This document shows positions 1-7,782 of a stretch of 34,761 nucleotides of DNA, one piece after another. Positions within the stretch are counted from its first letter, which is position 1. The number at the start of each line of letters is the position of its first letter. The stretch comes from Halobacteriales archaeon (GTDB lineage Archaea > Halobacteriota > Halobacteria > Halobacteriales > Hikarchaeaceae), in contig JBDGQL010000146.1 in the NCBI GenBank assembly GCA_042219105.1, positions 1 through 34,761 on the forward strand, given 5' to 3'. A program made the position numbers and the translations under genes. Under the pieces are notes generated by a model. It ran no database searches, was not told the DNA's origin, and worked only from the letters and a program-made list of their open reading frames with translations.

Positions 1-9
1 AGGCATACT

Positions 10-792
10 TCACAGTTGCGTTCGTGGGTTAGCAAAAGTTACGTTAATCTCTATAATTTCCTCCAGACGAGCCTGATGAAGCTGTTCAAGAGTTGTTATT
101 TCATCGCGAAGGTCCTCAACACTGTGCTGGACGGCCGTTTCCCTGGCTGCTTCGAGCCGTGATTCGACGTCAGAAAGCCGGTCTCGGGCTTCTACAAACT
201 CGTCGTTATCAATGAGAGAGTCTACTCGTGTGAGATCATCCCGAAGTGATTCGATTTTGCTCTGGAGGTGGCGTCGATGGATGTCTCGTTGCTCGCGCCG
301 GACCACAGCGAGTTTCCGTTCAATCTCATCGGTATCGACGAGATCACCCTGATTGGCGAGTTCATGAGCCTCCTCGTATATCGACTGTGCGTTGTCGTAG
401 GCCTCCAGTGCACGGTCGTCTTCTCCAGCGTTGCGGTAATCAGTGGCTTCATCATGGAGATCATCCCCGGCATCGAGCATGTCATCAACGTCATCACGTA
501 ACTCGGTGTCGGGCGAGGATTCGGCGTCTGACTGGACCGAAGCGTCTCCGCTATCGCTCGAATCGGTCGAAATTGGTCCAACCGAGGAAGCCTCACCACC
601 CCGGGCGGAATTGTCCGTCCCTTCCTCCGATGAGGCAGGATCAGTCGATGATGAATCGGTCGCACTCTCATGAGAGTCACCCCGGGATGGGTCACCCTCA
701 TAACACTGCTCACAGAGCAGTTTCGTTCCATCAGCAGTATTAGCGACCCAGACCTCAATCACCTCCTCTTTGCAACCTTCACACTGCGGCAT
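10..792 (-). CDS. Hypothetical zinc-ribbon / acidic Ser-Thr-rich linker / coiled-coil protein
   Basis: 260-aa ORF. The N-terminus has CxxC...CxxC (MPQCEGCK...LLCEQCY). It is followed by a D/E/S/T-rich low-complexity linker of about 90 aa and a C-terminal helical heptad-like region (ERKLAVVRREQRDIHRRHLQSKIESLRDDL...). No family recognised. Confidence 0.6.
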   Translation of the reverse strand: MPQCEGCKEEVIEVWVANTADGTKLLCEQCYEGDPSRGDSHESATDSSSTDPASSEEGTDNSARGGEASSVGPISTDSSDSGDASVQSDAESSPDTELRDDVDDMLDAGDDLHDEATDYRNAGEDDRALEAYDNAQSIYEEAHELANQGDLVDTDEIERKLAVVRREQRDIHRRHLQSKIESLRDDLTRVDSLIDNDEFVEARDRLSDVESRLEAARETAVQHSVEDLRDEITTLEQLHQARLEEIIEINVTFANPRTQL

Positions 793-985
793 AGAACCAT
801 TTGGTGAACGGAAGATAATGAATCATTCTCACAATGGGTGTGGTGTTCCATCGACGCCATAATGAGCCAGGGCCGAAAGCACCCGGCTTAAGAGCGGAAA
901 GAAGCTCACGGGATTTCCGTATAACCGCCAGATAATATCGCTACTTATCCACTCTGGCTCAAAGGACAGTTGCTGAAACCGGATG

Positions 986-1705
986 TTACCCACGATACAG
1001 CACCACGGAGATGTTATCGCTCCCGCCGTTCGCCTTCGCGCGCTTGATCAACGCCGAACCCACCCCTTTCAGCGATCTACCTGACGTGACGATCTCATGA
1101 ACCGTTTCATCGTTTACTTCGTCAGTGAGCACATCCGAGCAGAGAAGCAACGTTGCTCCCTCGATCGATATCCGATAGAAGTCGGGATCGACGGACTCCT
1201 CCGTGCCTAGCGCTTGTGAGACAACGTTTCGCTGTGGGTGGGTCCGGGCCTCCTCCTCCGTGATCAGCCCCTGTTCGACTAGTTCCTGGATGAGTGACTG
1301 ATCCACAGTGACCTGTTCGATCCGATCCTGCGAGATACGGTAGGCACGACTGTCGCCGACGTTTCCGATCATGACCCCTCCATCCCCGACAAGCGCAGCT
1401 ACAAGCGTGGTCCCCATATTGCTCTTCGCGGGGTCTCCGGTCGCAGCCGATCGTACCACATCGTTAGCGCGCTCAATCGCCGTCGCGAGGATGGATCGCC
1501 CATCGGTCTCTCCGGATTCCATCGCCTCGGTAACGCTCTCTGTTAGTGCACTGAGAGCTGTTTGGCTAGCGATATCGCCCGCGCTATGACCGCCCATCCC
1601 ATCCGCGACGGCGAGCAACTCCGTTTTCTCGAACGACTCATGGCAGACGCTGTCCTCGTTTACGTCTCTGATACGTCCAACGTCCGTTGTAGCGTGGACG
1701 GGCAT
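986..1705 (-). CDS. PP2C/PPM-family Ser/Thr protein phosphatase
   Basis: PPM hallmarks are present: RIRDVNEDS, ADGMGGHSAGDIAS, NVGDSRAY and the C-terminal GGSDNISVV. Start placed at ATG 1703-1705 (MPVHATT). The longer GTG start at 1741 lies inside a MITE copy. Confidence 0.85.
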   Translation of the reverse strand: MPVHATTDVGRIRDVNEDSVCHESFEKTELLAVADGMGGHSAGDIASQTALSALTESVTEAMESGETDGRSILATAIERANDVVRSAATGDPAKSNMGTTLVAALVGDGGVMIGNVGDSRAYRISQDRIEQVTVDQSLIQELVEQGLITEEEARTHPQRNVVSQALGTEESVDPDFYRISIEGATLLLCSDVLTDEVNDETVHEIVTSGRSLKGVGSALIKRAKANGGSDNISVVLYRG

Positions 1706-1708
1706 TAC

Positions 1709-1821
1709 TTTACACCCGGACGTGACTCTGTTACGCGCCACGACACCAGATCAATGCGTTCGGATCGTGATGCTCCAGGTTTGTGACGGCACGGCGTAAC
1801 AAAATCACGTCCAGGTGCACG
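1709..1821. mobile_element. MITE-like element, family E, degenerate copy (E1)
   Basis: Aligns over its full 113 bp with the reverse complement of 31334..31446 (shared ...cacccggacgtgactctgtta.gcgccacgacaccagatcaat.cgttcgg.tcgtgat...tttgtgacggcacgg...aaatcacgtcc.ggtg). Both termini are mutated (tttacaccc instead of tatacaccc; ccaggtgcac instead of ccgggtgtata). Confidence 0.8.
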
Positions 1822-1930
1822 GTACAACGTCCAAGCCGAGCCCAACCCGAGTTGTGAAATAAAACGAGAAATGAAACCTACAGGAGATTTTCCACAAAGC
1901 TATTTGTATTCGGGTGCCGAGTATTATCCA

Positions 1931-2737
1931 ATGACTGATGACGGCGAGCGTGGGGTGAGCGTCCTCCGGAACAAGCGGGAGGCGACGCGGTATCGCATCC
2001 TCGTCGAGATCGCCGAGCGCCAGCCGGCGGTCAGCCAGCGCGAGGTCGCCGAGGCGATCGGCGTAACCCCACAGGCCGTCAGCGACTATCTCCGGGAACT
2101 GATCGACCAGGGGCAGGTCCGCAAGCTCGGCCGAGGTCGGTACGAGGTTACGAAGGAGGGCGTCGACTGGCTGATCTCGAACACCGACGACATCCGGGAG
2201 TTTCTCGAACACGTCACCGAGAACGTCATCGGTGAGGTCGACGTCGAAACCGCGATCGCTACCGCCGGCGTCGAGGAGGGCCAACCGGTTTCGCTGTCGA
2301 TGCGTGGGGGTGGGTTACACGCTCGCCCCGGCACCAGCGGGAGTGCAACTGCGGTTGCAGTCACGGACGCGACTGCGGGGGACGCGGTCGGGGTCACGGA
2401 CTTCGAAGGGATCGTCGAGTACGACCCGGGGCAAGTCACGGTGATCCCGGTTCCGCGAATTGACAAGCGGGAGAATCCACCCAGCGCCGAGACGGTAAAG
2501 AAGCGCGCCGGCGAGCACGATCTGCTCGCAGCGGCCGGCACCGAGGCGCTCGTCCTCGCCAGGCAGGCGGGACGAGATCCCGACATCCGGTTCGGGACGG
2601 CCCCTGCAGTCACAGAGGCGGCGACGAAGGGTCTGGACGTGCTACTGCTCGTGACCACGCCGGTGCTGAGCGAGCACGCGAGCGCTCTCCGGGAGGCGGA
2701 CGTGAATTACGAGGTTCTCGAAACTGACGAGGAGTAG
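1931..2737 (+). CDS. MarR-like winged-helix transcriptional regulator with a C-terminal domain of unknown function
   Basis: N-terminal wHTH (YRILVEIAERQPAVSQREVAEAIGVTPQAVSDYLRELIDQGQVRKLGRGRYEVTKEGVDWL). Start moved to ATG 1931 (MTDDGERG) because a TATA-like tatttgtat sits about 25 nt upstream. Divergent from the PP2C gene. Confidence 0.7.
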   Translation: MTDDGERGVSVLRNKREATRYRILVEIAERQPAVSQREVAEAIGVTPQAVSDYLRELIDQGQVRKLGRGRYEVTKEGVDWLISNTDDIREFLEHVTENVIGEVDVETAIATAGVEEGQPVSLSMRGGGLHARPGTSGSATAVAVTDATAGDAVGVTDFEGIVEYDPGQVTVIPVPRIDKRENPPSAETVKKRAGEHDLLAAAGTEALVLARQAGRDPDIRFGTAPAVTEAATKGLDVLLLVTTPVLSEHASALREADVNYEVLETDEE

Positions 2738-2797
2738 CGCCAGCCGGATTCGGCGCGTGCCGCCCACCGGGAGGCGCGTGTCCAGCCACAGGGTCGG

Positions 2798-2898
2798 TAT
2801 ACGGGTCGACAGAACGGTCGATCCCGAAATGGCGTGCAACCGACCCTGTCACGTCGCGAGGGCGATCCCGCCGTAGACAGGCGCCGCGGACCCGTATA
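2798..2898. mobile_element. MITE-like element, family C variant
   Basis: Terminal inverted repeat tatacgggtc...gacccgtata. The left 17 nt (tatacgggtcgacagaa) are identical to the terminus of the 83-bp C elements at 30260 and 30605; the interior differs. Confidence 0.6.
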
Positions 2899-3008
2899 TA
2901 CACCCGGACACGAACCAGTCAACGTGACTGTGGCTTGTTTGGCCGGGAGACATCATTTTGACCGGGAACAATCAACCTGCGTGGTGAACTATTCGTGTCC
3001 GGGTGTAT
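2897..3008. mobile_element. MITE-like element, family D
   Basis: 17-bp terminal inverted repeat tatacacccggacacgaa...ttcgtgtccgggtgtat. The outer 13 nt (tatacacccggac) are shared with family E. Abuts the preceding element through a shared TA. Confidence 0.65.
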
Positions 3009-3172
3009 GACGACTTGGAAACCGAGTCGCCAGCCCCCGCGATCCATCCCCGGTCGACGAGGTGTGAGCCCGGTTCGCCACGCTTATGTCATTCTCGTTC
3101 CTTCATGCTACTACCTGTTAGTATGAAACTACTCACGGACTTTGCTCCCCGATCTATGCGGAGGTCGCGTCG

Positions 3173-6100
3173 ATGAAACCGCTCGAGCGCTTCTTCGAGA
3201 CCGCCACCGTCCACACCAAGGTAGCGATCGCCGTGATGATCCTCCTGACAGTTGCGGTCGGCGCTGGCGCGCCGCAGGTTGAGCAGACCTCCTCGCTGGA
3301 CCAGTTCCAGACCGACTCCCCGGAGGCGAACGCGCTCGATTACATTGACCGGAACTTCACCGTTACCGGCGAGAACACCACGACCGTCCAGGTGATCCTG
3401 CGGGGTGAGAACGTTCTCTCGAAGGAGTCGCTACTCGGGAACCTACGCTTCCAGCAGGCACTGCGGAACGACGAAACGATAAACGAGACGCTCACGAGCG
3501 AGCGCCCGACAGTCGGGATCGCGAACACGATCGCCATCACGTCGCTGACCGCCGAACGGGCCGGGGCGTTCGAACGGCTGAACGCGACGATACAGCAGGA
3601 GCGGGCGGCGCTCGAAGCCAACCGGACCGCGTTACAGCAACGCAGCGACGCGCTCAACGCGACGGTGGACGCGCTCAGGAGGGAGATGGCAGTTCTGAAC
3701 CGGTCCGAATCCGCCCCGGTTCGTCCGGCGTTCAATCGCGTCGACGCGAACTCGACGGTGAACCTGACGGACTCGCAGTTCGCCACCTTCGATGCCGCCG
3801 TCTCACAGCTCCGGAACGCAACGAACCAGTCGCAGGTGGAGGCGGCGTACCGGCTCGGGACCCGCGGCGTTCTGGAAGAGGAGTTCGCCCAGCTCGAAGC
3901 CCGGGGCGACGCGCTACAGCAGCGGGCCGACGAGTTGAGCACAGAGGCAGAGCGCCTGAAACAACTCGGCGCGGACGTGCAGGCTGCACGGTCGGCGAAC
4001 CTCTCGACACAGATCAAACACCTGGAGTCGATGAACAGCACCGACATCGACGAGACCATCCGGAGGGTTCTGAGCGAGGACGGCGGGGGCAACGGCGCCT
4101 TCAGATTCATGCCGTCGGGTTACCAGCCCGGATCGACAAGCGCCGAGGCGACGATGCTTCTGGTCACGCAGTCGACCGAGGACGCGAGCCAGGTCCAGGG
4201 GCAGGCGTCCGACCGTATCACCGACAGCCAGCTCGCGATCCAGTCCATCGGGGCGGATCGTGACGGCGGGCTCGAATACCTCGTGTTCGGCTCCGGAATC
4301 ATCTCCAGTGAGATCCAGAACTCCCAACAGGACAGCCTACTCATCGTGGGGCCGCTCGCGCTGATTTTCGTCCTGATCGCGCTAATCGTTGCCTACCGGG
4401 ATTTGCTCGACATCCTGCTTGGCCTGCTCGGAATCGGCGCGGTGCTGATGTGGGCCTTCGGATTCATGGGCTGGACGGGTATCGATTTCAACCAGATCTT
4501 CATAGCCGTCCCCGTCCTCCTGATCGGTCTGTCGATCGATTACGCGATCCACATCTTCATGCGCCACCGCGAAGAGCGGGCGGCGGGTGACGGCCTCGGC
4601 CCGCGGACGTCGATGGCCGTCGCGCTCGGTGGCGTCGGCATCGCCCTCGTCTGGGTGACGGCGACGACCGTGATCGGCTTTCTCTCGAATCTGATCAGCC
4701 CGGTCCCGCCGATCCGGGACTTCGGCATCGTGAGCGCGGTCGGAATCACCGCCGCCCTGGCGGTCTTCGGCATCCTCATCCCCGCCCTGAAGATCGAACT
4801 CGACGAGTTGCTCGAAGGCTACGGAATCGACCGACGAAAGAGCGCCTTTGGAACCGGCGGAGGCCGGTTCACCGAGTCACTCTCGCTTGGCTCGACCGCC
4901 GCGCGAAAGATCCCGGTCGCGGTGATCGTTGTGGTGGTGCTCATCAGCGCCGTGGGCGCCGTCGGGGCGACGCAGATCGACACGAGCTTCGAGCAGGAGG
5001 ACTTTCTCGCGGAGGATCCGCCGGGATGGATGGAGGATCTCCCCGAGCCGTTCCGTCCGTCGGAGTACTCTGCGAAGGAGAACCTCGAGTACGTCAACGA
5101 TCGGTTCATCCGCGCGGACTCCCAGGCACAGATTCTGGCAACGGGGAACGTCACGGCCACGGACACGCTGACCCGGCTGAACGACACGCGTGATGTCACA
5201 AAGGAGAAAAACGTGACACAGCGGCTCCCCAACGGCGAAGCCGATATAACTGATCCACTCTCAGTAATGCAGTCAGTCGCGGCTGAAAACGAGACGTTCA
5301 ACGAGACGTTCCAGCGGACCGACACCGACGACGACGGCGTCCCCGAGAACGTCACGGCCGCATACGACGCCCTGTTCTCGGTCGCCCCGCGTGACGCGGC
5401 GGAAGTGATCTACCGGACCGACGACGGGGAGTACCGGGCAGTTCGTATGATCGTCTCGGTCACCGGTGGCGTCGACCAGGACGCGGTCACGACCCAGATG
5501 CGCGACGTAGCCGGGAGCCTCGATGGTCCCGGGGTCGAGGTGACCGCGACCGGGAACGCGATACTCAACAAGGTCATCCAGGACGACCTCCTGCAGACGG
5601 TGATCGAGAGCCTGATCATCACTCTCGTGGTGATCTTCGCATTCCTGATGTTCACGTACCGGATCACGCAGAGCAGCGCAACCCTGGGTGCGGTGACGCT
5701 GTTGCCGGTCGTCTTCAGTCTGACCTGGATCCTGGGGACCATGTACCTGCTGGGAATCCCGTTCAACGCGGTGACCGGACTGATCACGAGCCTCACTATC
5801 GGGCTGGGCGTCGCCTACAGCATCCACATCTCCGAGCGGTACAACCAGGAACTCGAGCGCACCCGGGACGTCCAGGAGGCGATGCGCACGGCGGTGACGG
5901 GGACTGGCGGCGCCCTCCTGGGGAGCGCGGCGACCACCGTCGGCGGCTTCGGCGTCCTCGGGTTCGCCATCCTCCCGCCGCTCCAGCAGTTCGGCATCAT
6001 CACCGGCATGACCATCATCTATGCGTTTCTCGCGGCGGTGCTGGTCCTGCCGAGTCTGCTCGTGGTCTGGACGCGGTACGCCGGGCCGGAGTGGGCGCGG

Positions 6101-6178
6101 GCGTCGCTCTCGGATGCGCAGGCATCGTCCGGAGAAGACGATGGGGTAACGGATGTCGAGTCCATGAGAGAGGACTGA
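3173..6178 (+). CDS. RND superfamily (MMPL / HAE3-like) transporter
   Basis: 1001 aa. It has an N-terminal TM helix, a large extracytoplasmic loop and a 5-6 TM bundle (IVGPLALIFVLIALIVAYRD...), then a second loop and second TM bundle (LIITLVVIFAFLMFTYR...GVAYSIHISERY). This is the duplicated RND/SSD topology. Confidence 0.85.
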   Translation: MKPLERFFETATVHTKVAIAVMILLTVAVGAGAPQVEQTSSLDQFQTDSPEANALDYIDRNFTVTGENTTTVQVILRGENVLSKESLLGNLRFQQALRNDETINETLTSERPTVGIANTIAITSLTAERAGAFERLNATIQQERAALEANRTALQQRSDALNATVDALRREMAVLNRSESAPVRPAFNRVDANSTVNLTDSQFATFDAAVSQLRNATNQSQVEAAYRLGTRGVLEEEFAQLEARGDALQQRADELSTEAERLKQLGADVQAARSANLSTQIKHLESMNSTDIDETIRRVLSEDGGGNGAFRFMPSGYQPGSTSAEATMLLVTQSTEDASQVQGQASDRITDSQLAIQSIGADRDGGLEYLVFGSGIISSEIQNSQQDSLLIVGPLALIFVLIALIVAYRDLLDILLGLLGIGAVLMWAFGFMGWTGIDFNQIFIAVPVLLIGLSIDYAIHIFMRHREERAAGDGLGPRTSMAVALGGVGIALVWVTATTVIGFLSNLISPVPPIRDFGIVSAVGITAALAVFGILIPALKIELDELLEGYGIDRRKSAFGTGGGRFTESLSLGSTAARKIPVAVIVVVVLISAVGAVGATQIDTSFEQEDFLAEDPPGWMEDLPEPFRPSEYSAKENLEYVNDRFIRADSQAQILATGNVTATDTLTRLNDTRDVTKEKNVTQRLPNGEADITDPLSVMQSVAAENETFNETFQRTDTDDDGVPENVTAAYDALFSVAPRDAAEVIYRTDDGEYRAVRMIVSVTGGVDQDAVTTQMRDVAGSLDGPGVEVTATGNAILNKVIQDDLLQTVIESLIITLVVIFAFLMFTYRITQSSATLGAVTLLPVVFSLTWILGTMYLLGIPFNAVTGLITSLTIGLGVAYSIHISERYNQELERTRDVQEAMRTAVTGTGGALLGSAATTVGGFGVLGFAILPPLQQFGIITGMTIIYAFLAAVLVLPSLLVVWTRYAGPEWARASLSDAQASSGEDDGVTDVESMRED

Positions 6179-6181
6179 CCG

Positions 6182-6973
6182 ATGGCTGACACCGAGCCGG
6201 TCGAGGACGAGGACGCCGCCGTCGACGCGCTGAAGCAGTTCGGGCTGTCCACCTACGAGGCACGGGTGTTCGTCGCCCTCCAGAAACTCGAGGCCGGAAG
6301 CGCGAGCGAGGTCTCGGAGGTGACGGATGTCCCCCGGTCGCAGGTGTACGGTGCGGCGGACGAACTCGAAGCACGCGGGCTCGTCGATGTCCAGCAGGGA
6401 ACGCCGACGCGGTACCGCCCAGTCGGCATCGAGGAGGCCAGGGAGCGACTCTACGAGGGGCTCCGGGCCACCGGGGACGCCGCGTTCGCTTACATCGACG
6501 ACGTGCAGGGCCAGAATGCGGGTGAAGAGGAACAGGGCGAGTCCATCTGGACCGTCGAGGGGAAGGAGAACGTCGCCGCGCGGTGTGTCTCCCTGATCGG
6601 GGAGACCGACTCCGAGGTCGTCTACGCGACCGGCGATCCCGAGGCCCTGAACGACGTTCGCGACGCATTGCATGACGCACTCGATCGCGGCGCCTCCGTC
6701 ACGGTCGTCAGTGCCGAGCGGCCAGTACTGGACGCGACCCGAGAGATCACGGAGGGCATCGAGACCTTGTTCATACCTGCGGACAGCGATCCCGACATGA
6801 GCACGGGACGGGTCCTTCTCGCCGACAGGGACACGGTCCTGTTGAGCGTCGGTCCGGCCGGTCTGGTGCCCCAGGTCTCCGCCGAGACCGCGTTTTGGAG
6901 CAGCACCACGGGGTTCGCAAGGCTGCTCGCCGCCATCATCCGGGAGTGGTTCGAGGGCGTCGCGGTCGGCTGA
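6182..6973 (+). CDS. TrmB-family transcriptional regulator
   Basis: N-terminal TrmB-type wHTH (ALKQFGLSTYEARVFVALQKLEAGSASEVSEVTDVPRSQVYGAADELEARGLVDVQQGTPTRYRPV). Starts 4 nt after the RND stop codon, implying co-transcription. Confidence 0.8.
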   Translation: MADTEPVEDEDAAVDALKQFGLSTYEARVFVALQKLEAGSASEVSEVTDVPRSQVYGAADELEARGLVDVQQGTPTRYRPVGIEEARERLYEGLRATGDAAFAYIDDVQGQNAGEEEQGESIWTVEGKENVAARCVSLIGETDSEVVYATGDPEALNDVRDALHDALDRGASVTVVSAERPVLDATREITEGIETLFIPADSDPDMSTGRVLLADRDTVLLSVGPAGLVPQVSAETAFWSSTTGFARLLAAIIREWFEGVAVG

Positions 6974-7681
6974 TCACCGTTCGAGCAGGACGACGTAGTG
7001 GCCGGCACCCTGCTTTCGGAGGACGTCCCGGACGGTCCACCCTGCTGCCGTTGCAGCCTCGCGGAACCGGTCGGGCGAGAGCAGGAGGAACTCCAGGGTC
7101 CGTCCCGTCAGGTCGCCGTACTCGAAGTGGAATGCCCGGCGTGCGAGCCCCGCTCGCGCGTCCGGCCTGTACCCGAAGGGCGTCTCCCCCGCGGTGGGAT
7201 CGTGTGCGTCGACGGCGACGTGGCCACCGCCGCCCACGACGCGGCCGAACTCCGCGAGCACGCCGGCGATCCCGGGCAGCGACCCGGCGATCCCGATCTG
7301 CGTTCCGAGGGCGCAGACGCTCCCGAACGATCCATCCGGCACCCCGAGATCGAACATGTCCATCACCGCCGCGTTTCGCACGCCCCGGTCGCGTGCTGCC
7401 TGCACCGCGTGTGGACTCACGTCGATTGCGAGCGTCCGGTGGTCCTGTTGAAGCCTGATCGCGTCCCGGCCCGCGCCACACCCGACATCGAGCACCGGGC
7501 CACGGAGGAACCGGTCGCGCTCGCGGACGATCTCTCCCAGGTCGAAGGGGTCGCCGAAGTAGTACTCCTGGACGTGTCCGATCTCCGTCCGTTCGCCGTC
7601 CACGTACCGGAGATCGCCACGTTCGTACTGCCCCTGCTGGTAATCGAACATTGCGCGCCCGAGTGGATCCGGCCGGTCCAT
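6974..7681 (-). CDS. Class I SAM-dependent methyltransferase
   Basis: Motif I VLDVGCGAGRDAI, followed by AIDVS and an acidic loop. 235 aa. Its stop codon directly abuts the convergent TrmB stop. Confidence 0.8.
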   Translation of the reverse strand: MDRPDPLGRAMFDYQQGQYERGDLRYVDGERTEIGHVQEYYFGDPFDLGEIVRERDRFLRGPVLDVGCGAGRDAIRLQQDHRTLAIDVSPHAVQAARDRGVRNAAVMDMFDLGVPDGSFGSVCALGTQIGIAGSLPGIAGVLAEFGRVVGGGGHVAVDAHDPTAGETPFGYRPDARAGLARRAFHFEYGDLTGRTLEFLLLSPDRFREAATAAGWTVRDVLRKQGAGHYVVLLER

Positions 7682-7782
7682 GCGCTCTGATTAGTTAGAC
7701 AGGAGCAAAATGTTACTGCGTCACATGATAACAAAAGACAAGCGCATGGATACAGAATACGATCCTGCGACGCGACGCCCGG

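Noticed and set aside
840-985. A possible small structured RNA in the 193-bp spacer between the zinc-ribbon gene and the PP2C gene (gccagggccgaaagcacccggc).
   Set aside because: Only a short imperfect stem around a GAAA loop can be drawn. There are no flanking promoter or terminator signals and no repeat elsewhere in the window.
5273-6673. Long ORFs antisense to, or out of frame with, confident genes. Examples: 5273..6673 (466 aa), 8707..10401 (564 aa), 19008..19985, 20499..21428, 21685..22965, 32971..34242, 33269..34408, 12397..13380 and 6015..6680.
   Set aside because: They overlap well-supported genes (RND transporter, lhr, ribosomal proteins, surface protein). They have Arg/Pro/Gly/Ala-rich, basic, low-complexity translations unlike the acidic host proteome. 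Such ORFs are the expected stop-codon-poor shadow frames of GC-rich DNA.
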